Virus record (IMG/VR): IMGVR_UViG_2617271072_000006
Span: 1-44,740 of that record
From: a virus
Lineage: Duplodnaviria > Heunggongvirae > Uroviricota > Caudoviricetes
Length of the DNA: 44,740 nt
Reading direction: 5' to 3' (one strand)
Part shown: positions 8,817 to 17,548 of the stretch, in pieces
How the letters are laid out: every line of letters begins with the position of its first letter
Numbering within the stretch: position 1 is the first letter of the stretch
Notes under the pieces: model-generated
Told to the model about the DNA's origin: nothing
The model's database searches: none
What the model saw: the letters and a program-made list of their open reading frames with translations, nothing else
Translations under genes and position numbers: made by a program

Positions 8817-10419
8817 TTAATTTATCTTTTCAACATTTCCATGAATCAACAAGTCGTAGGCAAGAAATAGTTTCCTATACTGGGTTTTTAAATTGTCAAC
8901 GTCGCATGCCTTGAATTGAACAAACGCTTCTTTTTTAACATAATCTTCAATCTCCTCTTTGGGGATATTTTTTATGTTCTTAATGACTATAGACAATTCT
9001 TTGTACTTTTTGAACTTTGCATCCTTTATATCTTTGATGTTGGTGTAAATTTTATTTGCATTGATTTTATCTAAGGTGATTTTATTGAGCAAGTCGTCTA
9101 GTTTTCCGTGGCGTTCAATGCGTTGATTTAGTTTTAACACATATTTAGCTGGCAAACTTAACTCTTTCAAATTACATGAGGTTATAGTTTTTGAAAATGG
9201 AAGTTGTAATGAGTTTACTGAACCTAATATGAAATCTATGGCTAATTTATTAGATATTTCATTTTTATTAAATAAGTAGTCTTCAAGATAATTTATTTCT
9301 TTAACTTGTGTGAATACATACTTTTTATCGCCTAGAGCAACAACTAAATTTTTTCCTTGTTTAACACTTTCTTCAAGTCTGTCTAAGTCAGAAGGTGAAA
9401 CCAATAGAGTATCTAAGTGCCCTTTTTCACCCTCATTAATGATAAGTGTTTTAATGGCTCTTTGATACCTTAAAACATCATAAGGTGAGAGCCCTTCATC
9501 AACAGCACTGATCTCATCATAGATCTGTTTATAGTTATCTGTTTTAACAGATGTATATGTAATTTGTAGCTGTTGATCGGTAATCTGTTTTGGTACTACT
9601 TCCTGTTCATTCTCTTTATATTCAATCAAAATTATTCTTTCAGCTGATTTTCGACCATCTTCTCTAGGTAGTTGTGAGGAAAAATCAGAAAGAAGTTTCT
9701 TTACATTCCTGTCAGTTAAAGAATATCCAAGAAAAACTATTGGATTTTTAATCATGTTAGATAGTATCTTGGCACTAATGAGTATAGATTTGTTGTCATA
9801 TTTTTCGTAATCATCTTTATTTATGATTATTGAGTGTGGATCCTTTATATCACCATGTATTTTGTATAACTCACTCCAGCCAATAGTATCTTCGAAAAAA
9901 CCATTATTTCCAATATAGAGTTTTGGAGTTATATTTTGCTCTTGAAGTAAATTTTCTATGAAAGCATCATAATTTGTAGTGATGATTATCTTGGCCTTTT
10001 TTATTAATGTTTTAAATGATGCTAATTCATCAAGATTTACATCCTTTCTGATTGTGTTATTAGAAAATCTTTGGCATATGGCGTATTTAAATGGTGAAAT
10101 ATCTTCACTAAAAACCCTCTTGGCATCTAGTCCATTTAATTTTAATTTGCCAGTCCTAAACAATAGATTGTAATCATTTTCAATTTTACTTGCTGCCTCT
10201 GTATAAATCTTATGATCGATATCATTATCACTGTTATTTTTATGTGATTCTTTTATTGTTAAAAGATAACTATAGAAATCATTTGTGGGATTTGTTATTT
10301 TCCAATACTCGTTTAATAGCTCTTCCCACGTTGGGTAGTTCTCTAAATATATTTTTGAAATGCCTGAGCCAATAAAGACTATTGGGTAATTTTTGAATTC
10401 AAAATTTTTTTTTTGACAT
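8817..10419 (-). CDS. SIR2-like (SIR2_2/ThsA-type NADase domain) protein with uncharacterised C-terminal region; N-terminus frameshifted as assembled
   Basis: ORF 8817-10163 carries IIITTNYD, YKIHG and VFLGYSLTD motifs; the same frame upstream encodes the FIGSGIS glycine loop but has no start codon; ATG at 10419 with RBS is out of frame by one base across a T10 run (10405-10414). Confidence 0.7.
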
Positions 10420-10531
10420 ATCCATATACCTTAAGCTCTGCTTGAAACATCCATTCTATAAATTATGAGGATGTCAGCATGTCTCACCAAAACATCATCT
10501 GGTTATCTTGATGAAATCTGTCATTAATAAT

Positions 10532-11223
10532 CTACCCATGTTTTCTATATGTCTGTGGCATGCTCCCAATAACTTTCCCAAATATAAATACCCGATTCAT
10601 TTCGTCTTTTTCGATCGGGTCCCACGGTGAGTAGCTCTTGTTATCAGAGATAACCAGCAGCTTATCCTTCATCATTTGCAGGCGCTTTACATGGGCTGTG
10701 TCGTCGTACAGAAACGCATAGATACCATCACCGTCGAAAGATTTAACAGTGATATCAACGAACAGAAGATCACCTGGTTCGATCGTTCCTGACATGCTGT
10801 CACCGCGTACGTTAATGATGCGGATATTTTCTGCCTTCCTGCCATCGAACATGTGACGAGCATCGTCAAACGAGTACTCAACCGAGCGTAGGACTTCTAC
10901 AAACTCACGGTTGATGACACCCGGCCCAGCACTGACTTCTATATCAAGAACGTCAATTTTGAAGTATTTGGAATGGTTGACAGCAGGCTTCCCTGATTGT
11001 TGACCGTCATTTCTCATCGGGCCTATGCCTGATGAGAGCCACTCTGTTCGAACACCCAATGCATTAGCTATTTCAACAATTTTGTTGAGCCGCGTGCGTT
11101 GCCGCTTGTCAGTCTCCAGATTGTGGGTTGAGCTACGCCAGACGCCTTTGCAAGAGCGCCTTGAGACATTCCAGATTGTTCCATCGCTAGGTTTAAGCGA
11201 TCAGCAAGAGTTTCTTTTTTCAT
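10532..11223 (-). CDS. cI-like prophage repressor (N-terminal HTH + C-terminal S24 LexA-type peptidase domain); frameshifted as assembled
   Basis: HTH ORF 11068-11259 (QGALAKASGVAQPTIWRL) and peptidase ORF 10532-11059 (GDSMSGTIEPGDLLFVD...VKRL...K) join if the T4 run at 11080-11083 were T5; likely ATG at 11223. Confidence 0.8.
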
Positions 11224-11235
11224 AAGTTTTAATTT

Positions 11236-11300
11236 ATACGCTTGCGTATTGATGGTCAAAACACGTTTTGCTATTGATTGGATTAATACGCATTGCTATT
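11236..11300. promoter_or_regulatory. Right operator/promoter region between repressor and cro-like gene
   Basis: Perfect palindrome ATACGCTTGCGTAT (11236-11249), imperfect copy (11285-11300) and TGCTATTG motifs; TATAAA -10-like element 8 nt upstream of the repressor ATG, consistent with a leaderless pRM-like transcript. Confidence 0.5.
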
Positions 11301-11333
11301 ATCCATTCATTGTAATACCAATAGGAATTGATA

Positions 11334-11561
11334 ATGACAAATCAAACCATTCAACTCGCAATCAGTATTACAGGTAGTCAAAAACGACTGGCAGATCTAT
11401 GCGGTGTAGCCCAGCCCACTGTTTGGCGTTGGCTACACGGTGGCGGAATTGATGCCCGCTATGTAATGAAAATTGTCTCAGCCACTGGTGGAAAGATTAA
11501 ACCAGCAGATATTCGTCCCGACCTTGCACCATTGTTTAACGCGAGTAATTCTGCCGCCTAA
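11334..11561 (+). CDS. Cro-like / YdaS-like HTH regulator
   Basis: 75-aa product from ATG 11334 (AGGA 7 nt upstream) with HTH LADLCGVAQPTVWRW; divergent from the repressor. Confidence 0.75.
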   Translation: MTNQTIQLAISITGSQKRLADLCGVAQPTVWRWLHGGGIDARYVMKIVSATGGKIKPADIRPDLAPLFNASNSAA

Positions 11562-11585
11562 ACTGCGGCGTTAACTGATAAGGCA

Positions 11586-12131
11586 ATGACTATGCAACCA
11601 CTTACATACCAACAGACTAGCGGATTTAGCCCGACTGCGGTGATAAATCGTTCTCAAATAAAACAGGTGCCAGGCCACGAAAAAATCCGTGATGCCGTTC
11701 GCGCGTGGTCGGCTGCAGATAATCAGGATGTTGTTGCCGCACTCATTGTGAATGAGTATCGGGAGCAGGGCGGCGGCACCATCGATTTCCCTGATGATGT
11801 CAGCCGTGCACGCCAGAAGCTGTTCCGCTTCCTCGATAACAAATTCGATTCTGAAAAATACCGAAATAACGTGCGTGAACTGACCCCGGCAATTCTGGCG
11901 GTACTACCGCTGGAATATCGCGGCCACCTGGTTGAGCAGGATAGCTTCATGGCTCGGCTGGCTGAAATGGAAAAGGAACTCTGTGAGGCAAAGCAGGCGG
12001 TCATTCTCAACGCACCACGCCACCAGAAACTGAAGGAAATGAGTGAAGGTATTGTGTCGATGTTTCGTGTGGACCCGGATCTGGCTGGTCCATTAATGGC
12101 GATGGTTACCACCATGCTGGGGGCAATATGA
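11586..12131 (+). CDS. YdaT-like regulatory protein (CII-position)
   Basis: 181-aa ORF; NEYREQGGG...LTPAILAVLPLEYRGHL resembles Rac YdaT as recalled; follows the cro-like gene as in Rac ydaS-ydaT. Confidence 0.6.
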   Translation: MTMQPLTYQQTSGFSPTAVINRSQIKQVPGHEKIRDAVRAWSAADNQDVVAALIVNEYREQGGGTIDFPDDVSRARQKLFRFLDNKFDSEKYRNNVRELTPAILAVLPLEYRGHLVEQDSFMARLAEMEKELCEAKQAVILNAPRHQKLKEMSEGIVSMFRVDPDLAGPLMAMVTTMLGAI

Positions 12132-12217
12132 CAGGTTCAGAAATGGCGAAAGCCGGTCTGCGGGAACAGAGCCGACTTTCAGGTGCAAATCGTAACGCAC
12201 TCATTGCGGAAGGAATT

Positions 12218-13147
12218 ATGGCAAACACTGCTGAGATATTCAATTTTCCAGTGCCGGATGAGGCACAAAAGGAGCCGCGCGTGGCAGATCTCGATGATGG
12301 TTATACGCGCATTGCAAATGAGTTGCTGGAAGCTGTGATGCTGGCCGGATTAACACAGCACCAGCTTCTGGTCTTCCTGGCTGTCATGCGCAAAACATAT
12401 GGCTTTAATAAAAAACTGGATTGGGTGAGCAACGAGCAACTGTCCGAATTGACCGGGATATTGCCGCACAAGTGTTCTGCTGCAAAAAGTGTTCTGGTAA
12501 AGCGTGGGATTTTGATTCAGAGCGGGCGGAATATCGGTATTAATAATGTGGTCAGTGAATGGGCAACATTACCCGAATCAGGTAAGAAAAATAAAGTTTA
12601 CCTGAAAGAGGTAAATTTACCTGAATCAGGTAAGAAAAGTTTACCCAAATCAGGTAAAGGCGTTTACCCGAATCAGGTAAACACAAAAGACAAACTAACA
12701 AAAGACAATATAAAACCTTTTTCGTCCGAGAATTCTGGCGAATCCTCTGACCAACCAGAAAACGATCTTCCTGTGGTGAAACCAGATGCTGCAATTCAGA
12801 GCGGCAGCAAATGGGGGACAGCAGAAGACCTGACCGCCGCAGAGTGGATGTTTGACATGGTGAAGACCATCGCGCCCTCAGCCAGAAAACCGAATTTTGC
12901 AGGGTGGGCTAACGATATCCGCCTGATGCGTGAACGTGATGGACGTAACCACCGCGACATGTGCGTGCTGTTCCGCTGGGCATGCCAGGACAACTTCTGG
13001 TCCGGTAACGTGCTGAGTCCGGCCAAACTCCGCGACAAGTGGACCCAGCTCGAAATCAACCGAAACAAGCAACAGGCTGGCGTGACAGCCGGCAAACCAA
13101 AACTCGACCTGACGAACACTGACTGGATTTACGGGGTGGATTTATGA
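12218..13147 (+). CDS. O: Replication initiator O-like protein (lambda-type C-terminus, divergent N-terminal iteron-binding domain)
   Basis: Start ATG 12218 preceded by AGGAA; N-terminus parallels lambda O (VADLDDGY...LRKTYG), ori iterons embedded in the coding sequence, stop overlaps the P start. Confidence 0.85.
   Translation: MANTAEIFNFPVPDEAQKEPRVADLDDGYTRIANELLEAVMLAGLTQHQLLVFLAVMRKTYGFNKKLDWVSNEQLSELTGILPHKCSAAKSVLVKRGILIQSGRNIGINNVVSEWATLPESGKKNKVYLKEVNLPESGKKSLPKSGKGVYPNQVNTKDKLTKDNIKPFSSENSGESSDQPENDLPVVKPDAAIQSGSKWGTAEDLTAAEWMFDMVKTIAPSARKPNFAGWANDIRLMRERDGRNHRDMCVLFRWACQDNFWSGNVLSPAKLRDKWTQLEINRNKQQAGVTAGKPKLDLTNTDWIYGVDL
12569..12680 (+). repeat. ori iterons: five 17-bp direct repeats TTACCYRAATCAGGTAA (one degenerate) followed by an A-rich tract, inside the O gene
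   Basis: Repeats at 12569, 12598 (variant), 12617, 12641, 12664, then A-rich 12681-12720; same architecture as ori-lambda. Confidence 0.8.
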
Positions 13148-13845
13148 AAAACATCGCCGCACAGATGGTTAACTTTGACCGTGAGCAGATGCGCCGGATC
13201 GCCAACAATATGCCGGAACAGTACGACGAAAAGCCGCAGGTACAGCAGGTAGCGCAGATCATCAATGGTGTGTTCAGCCAGTTACTGGCAACTTTCCCTG
13301 CGAGCCTGGCTAACCGGGATCAGAACGAACTGAACGAAATCCGCCGCCAGTGGGTTCTGGCTTTCCGGGAAAACGGGATCACCACAATGGAACAGGTTAA
13401 CGCAGGAATGCGCGTAGCCCGTCGGCAGAATCGACCATTCCTGCCATCACCCGGGCAGTTTGTTGCCTGGTGCCGGGAAGAAACATCCGTTACCGCTGGG
13501 CTGCCAAACGCCAGCGAGCTGGTTGATATGGTTTACGAGTATTGCCGGAAGCGTGGCCTGTATCCGGACGCAGAGTCTTATCCATGGAAATCAAACGCGC
13601 ACTACTGGTTGGTTACCAACCTGTACCAGAACATGCGGGCCAATGCGCTGACTGACGCGGAATTACGGCGTAAAGCTGCCGATGAGCTGACCTGTATGAC
13701 CGCGCGAATTAACCGTGGTGAGGCGATACCTGAACCAGTAAAACAACTTCCTGTCATGGGCGGTAGACCTCTAAATCGTGCACAGGCTCTGGCGAAGATC
13801 GCAGAAATCAAAGCTAAGTTCGGACTGAAAGGAGCAAGTGTATAA
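13144..13845 (+). CDS. P: Replication protein P (DnaB helicase loader)
   Basis: 233-aa ORF matching lambda P over its length as recalled (MKNIAAQMVNFDREQMRRIANNMPEQYDEKPQVQQVAQIINGVF...). Confidence 0.95.
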   Translation: MKNIAAQMVNFDREQMRRIANNMPEQYDEKPQVQQVAQIINGVFSQLLATFPASLANRDQNELNEIRRQWVLAFRENGITTMEQVNAGMRVARRQNRPFLPSPGQFVAWCREETSVTAGLPNASELVDMVYEYCRKRGLYPDAESYPWKSNAHYWLVTNLYQNMRANALTDAELRRKAADELTCMTARINRGEAIPEPVKQLPVMGGRPLNRAQALAKIAEIKAKFGLKGASV

Positions 13846-13944
13846 CGGGCAAAGAGGCAATTATTCATTATGAGTAACTTTCTAAATTTTTTTGAGCCAG
13901 ATTAGTGGTCTTGGATTCAGTTTACGTCTCAGATACTGAGAAGA

Positions 13945-13959
13945 ATCACAATTTGTGAT
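13945..13959. promoter_or_regulatory. 15-bp perfect palindrome ATCACAATTTGTGAT upstream of the PRTase-like/NADAR operon
   Basis: Dyad symmetry ATCACAA-T-TTGTGAT about 90 bp upstream of ATG 14050, in the AT-rich leader of the cargo island. Confidence 0.35.
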
Positions 13960-14049
13960 ACATGTTAACATTATGACTTTTAAGGCTTTAACTGAATTAT
14001 TTTAAGAGTATTCTGACCCTTTCGTATCAATGCATGAACAGGAATCCAC

Positions 14050-15069
14050 ATGTGTTACAGTAATGTTACAGATCGTGATCTTATGGGGCAAATTGCTACT
14101 AAACTAAATGACTATCGAAACCCTCCTCAAGGTGGCATGAGCATTGATCATGTTAATCGATGGATTAATCAATTTGAGTTAACTGATAGGCGATTTGTCT
14201 TAGAGGAAACGGACCGATTAATGGGGATTGGATACTTTTCTGAGAACGACTATCGCAGGGTTATTAGTAGTATCGCCACTGATGAGCAAAATGAAAGTTT
14301 CTTTCAAACTGCAGCGTTTCTCGATATTCAGAACCAAGGTACCAGTCAATCTGAGTTTTTGGATTTACTTCGAGAAGATTGTGTAGAAGAATTCAACGTT
14401 GTGACCAGACTTTCACAACGTCAAAGAGTTAGTTCATTCCGTGAATTTATTTACGTTGACGATGTTTTATTCTCCGGAGCTAAGGCAATCAATGATTTAA
14501 TTTGGTTTATTGAGCACTTTAAACTCCAAAATATTACAATATTGGTGTACTTTTTAGGTGGGCACACATATTCAACATGGAAGATAAAAGACCAACTTGA
14601 ACGAAGATTTGCGGGCAGAAATATTTCAGTTGGCGTTGGTGGAGGTGAGTTTGTATTTGTTGAAAATAAACTCCGAAATAGTTCGAATTCGGAGGTTTTA
14701 TGGCCAAAAGCGCAAAGTGTATCAATACCTGAATGGGCTGACGGTCAAATACATTATTTAGGAACATATCGAAACGGTTACGTCGCGAATAAAATTTTTC
14801 CTGATGAGCAGAGACGTGATCGTTTTGAAACTATTCTGACAAAAGTTGGGTTTGATATCCTTGGTCATAGTCAAAATCCCTCTGCTGTCATAAAGCCCTT
14901 AGGCTTTTCAACTTTCAATGGTGTTGGGTTTGGCGGAACTATCTTTACTTTCAGAAACTGCCCAAATAATACCCCTCTCGCGTACTGGTGGGGAACTTAT
15001 CTTCGAACAGGAAATAGAGCTCTGGATTGCTGGTATCCACTTATGAAGCGTAATGTGTATAATCGGTGA
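14050..15069 (+). CDS. Phosphoribosyltransferase-fold (type I PRTase-like) protein, function unknown
   Basis: 339-aa ORF in an AT-rich island; residues 133-147 FIYVDDVLFSGAKAI fit the PRPP-binding signature of type I PRTases; AGGA RBS; stop lies 3 nt before the NADAR ATG. Confidence 0.5.
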   Translation: MCYSNVTDRDLMGQIATKLNDYRNPPQGGMSIDHVNRWINQFELTDRRFVLEETDRLMGIGYFSENDYRRVISSIATDEQNESFFQTAAFLDIQNQGTSQSEFLDLLREDCVEEFNVVTRLSQRQRVSSFREFIYVDDVLFSGAKAINDLIWFIEHFKLQNITILVYFLGGHTYSTWKIKDQLERRFAGRNISVGVGGGEFVFVENKLRNSSNSEVLWPKAQSVSIPEWADGQIHYLGTYRNGYVANKIFPDEQRRDRFETILTKVGFDILGHSQNPSAVIKPLGFSTFNGVGFGGTIFTFRNCPNNTPLAYWWGTYLRTGNRALDCWYPLMKRNVYNR

Positions 15070-15071
15070 TC

Positions 15072-15682
15072 ATGAGCTATAGACTATACCTGTTTCACAA
15101 CACAGTTTCTTTCAGGAAAACCACCGAGAAATGGGGTGGTCTTTCCAACATGGCCAAAGGATATCCGCTCTTCGTTAATGGTATACCCATTCAATCGAGT
15201 GAAATTCTTTACCAAGCATGCCGATATCCAGACTATCCAGATATCCAAAGGGTTATTATTACCCAAGCCAACCCTTACGAAGCTAAACAAACCGCCAGAA
15301 CCTTCGAGGCCAAAACCCGTACTGGTTGGGAAAAAATCGAGTTTCGGTAATGAAATGGTGTGTCTGCGTTAAGCTTTGCCAGAACTGGGAATCGTTCTTC
15401 GCGCTATTGGATAGCACAGGAGATCATGACATTGTTGAGCACTCAGAGAAGGACCAATTTTGGGGGGCTAGTAAGGACTCCGAAGGTAACTTTTATGGCA
15501 TGAACGTGTTAGGTCGTATCCTTATGGATGCGAGAGATATTGCAAGAAAGAAGGGGCCTGCAGGGTTTGCTACGATACCGCCGCTACCCTTGGATAGGTT
15601 TCTTCTGCTCGGGGAGCAAATACGTGATGTCACTTTCTCTCCACCACCGATGGATTCAGGGCAAAGCTTATCGCTTTTTTAA
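15072..15682 (+). CDS. NADAR (YbiA-like N-glycosidase) domain protein; frameshifted as assembled
   Basis: ORFs 15066-15350 and 15326-15682 together align to YbiA as recalled (LSNMAKGYP...SSEILYQACRY, then WEK..VMKW...IVEHSEKDQFWGA...GMNVLGRILMDAR); frames join if the A6 run at 15331-15336 were A7. Confidence 0.75.
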
Positions 15683-16153
15683 TGTGGCTGTTGTTCCTCT
15701 CTCGGTCGTGACAGTTCTGCAACCCCGCTTTGGCGGATTTTTTATAAATTATGCAACTTATTGACTTGATACCGATATTTCAGACTTTAACATAGCAGCC
15801 AAAATCTAGGACGAAGGCGACAAAGTAAACGTTGAATTGGCTGCCATCGGCGTAGCGTTCAAAGAGTGGATGAATATGTCGGTTATAGCGGAAGCGGTGA
15901 TGCGTGAGCAGACATCGCTCTGCCCAAGGCATCCGCCCCTCGACATCTTAAGCAGGAAGGTGAAAAATGATAAGTGCAGAAGGACTGCAGCGGTTACTTA
16001 ATTTATCGGAGCCTCCATCTGATGAACTGATTGATGTTTATCTTCAATTCAGCATGATTTTTCCTAGGGTCGAACAAAGTTTTTTTTGGTGGCTTTGCTA
16101 AGGGGGAAGACAGTTTAAATTATGCTCGAACGTTACTTGACGCCGGGATAAAG

Positions 16154-16450
16154 GTGCCCAACGAACTTTTTCACGATTTTAAGCAGAGATACATTTTGAA
16201 CGGGGATGCGCAGGAAAGACTTGACGCCCTCTGTTTCGGTCGAGAGAGAGATAAGCGGGGAATAGTTAATGGGCTTCAAAATGACGCAGCAACAGATCTA
16301 AACACCATGTCTACAGTATTAAAGATAGTTATAAGGATAAGAAATAACCTTTTCCACGGAAATAAAGACGCTTATCTTTTTGTTGATTCTCAAGAGCAAG
16401 CGCAACTATTGAGATGGTGCGTGAGATTTCTCCAAGGATTATTAAATTAA
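16154..16450 (+). CDS. Hypothetical protein (possible R-x4-H HEPN-like motif); may extend upstream to ~15966
   Basis: 98-aa GTG-start ORF; a 44-codon ATG ORF from ~15966 fuses in frame if the T8 run near 16076-16083 were T7, giving ~161 aa; contains RNNLFH. Confidence 0.35.
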   Translation: MPNELFHDFKQRYILNGDAQERLDALCFGRERDKRGIVNGLQNDAATDLNTMSTVLKIVIRIRNNLFHGNKDAYLFVDSQEQAQLLRWCVRFLQGLLN

Positions 16451-16639
16451 TCTGCCTTTGATTTTCACTAATCAACTCGCCATAATCATGTCATCGGAGC
16501 CTGAACAACTCCGGTGACTTCTGCGCTAAACGGGGACGTTTATGCGCACATACAATCCAAACTCTCTTCTCCCTTCACAGATGCAGAAATGCACCTGCGA
16601 TTTTTTGCATCCAGCGCCTGACCTCTGCGGAGGTGAAGC

Positions 16640-17095
16640 GTGAACCTACCACAAGATGGCATCAAACTGCATCGTGGTAACTTCACCGCTATCGGTCAGC
16701 AGATCCAGCCTTATCTGGAGGACGGCAAATGCTTTCGCATGGTGCTTAAACCGTGGCGCGAGAGACGCAGTCTTTCCCAGAATGCACTTAGCCACATGTG
16801 GTACAGCGAAATCAGTGAATACCTCATAAGCAGGGGGAAATCGTTCGCTACTGCAGCATGGGTAAAAGATGCTCTCAAACACACATACCTCGGTTATGAA
16901 ACCAAAGACCTGGTTGATGTCGTAACCGGTGAAATCACCACTATTCAGTCGTTACGTCATACCTCCAATCTTGATACCGGAGAGATGTATGTCTTCCTGT
17001 GTAAGGTTGAAGCCTGGGCGATGAATATTGGCTGCCACCTGACTATTCCGCAGAGCTGCGAGTTCCAGCTGCTGCGCGACAAGCAGGAGGCGTAA
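16640..17095 (+). CDS. ninB: NinB-family recombination protein
   Basis: 151-aa ORF with NinB-like motif ([20 protein letters not shown]); first gene of the nin block after the cargo island. Confidence 0.7.
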   Translation: MNLPQDGIKLHRGNFTAIGQQIQPYLEDGKCFRMVLKPWRERRSLSQNALSHMWYSEISEYLISRGKSFATAAWVKDALKHTYLGYETKDLVDVVTGEITTIQSLRHTSNLDTGEMYVFLCKVEAWAMNIGCHLTIPQSCEFQLLRDKQEA

Positions 17096-17265
17096 TGGCT
17101 ACACCGCTTATTCGTGTCATGAACGGACACATCTACAGAGTACCAAATCGTCGTAAGCGTAAGCCTGAGCTGAAACCATCCGAAATACCAACACTGCTCG
17201 GATATACCGCCAGCCTGGTTGATAAAAAATGGTTGCGACTGGCAGCAAGGAGGAATCATGGCTGA
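17095..17265 (+). CDS. ninE: NinE-like protein
   Basis: 56-aa [59 protein letters not shown], recognised as DLP12-type NinE; not in ORF track (<60 aa). Confidence 0.7.
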   Translation: MATPLIRVMNGHIYRVPNRRKRKPELKPSEIPTLLGYTASLVDKKWLRLAARRNHG

Positions 17266-17548
17266 TTTGAGAAAAGCAGCGCGTGGTCGGGAATGCCAGG
17301 TAAGAATCCCTGGCGTATGTAATGGCAACCCTGAAACGTCTGTACTGGCACATATCCGGCTGACTGGATTGTGCGGCACCGGTACGAAACCGCCAGACCT
17401 GATTGCAACCATTGCATGTTCTGCCTGCCACGACGAAATCGACCGCCGCACGCATTTTGTTGACGCTGGATATGCAAAAGAATGCGCGCTGGAAGGTATG
17501 GCGAGAACACAGGTTATCTGGCTGAAAGAGGGGGTTATTAAGGCGTGA
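17258..17548 (+). CDS. ybcO: YbcO-like DUF1364 protein (putative nuclease)
   Basis: Start ATG 17258 with AAGGAGG RBS; [34 protein letters not shown]...CSACHDEID Cys/His motif. Confidence 0.75.
   Translation: MADLRKAARGRECQVRIPGVCNGNPETSVLAHIRLTGLCGTGTKPPDLIATIACSACHDEIDRRTHFVDAGYAKECALEGMARTQVIWLKEGVIKA

Noticed and set aside
10190-10375. 61-aa plus-strand ORF
   Set aside because: Antisense to the SIR2-like gene in a very AT-rich region where random ORFs are expected.
12569-12680. Short direct repeats with regular spacing, superficially CRISPR-like
   Set aside because: They are 17-bp iterons inside the O coding sequence followed by an A-rich tract (a phage origin); spacing is irregular (19-29 bp) and no cas genes or leader are present.
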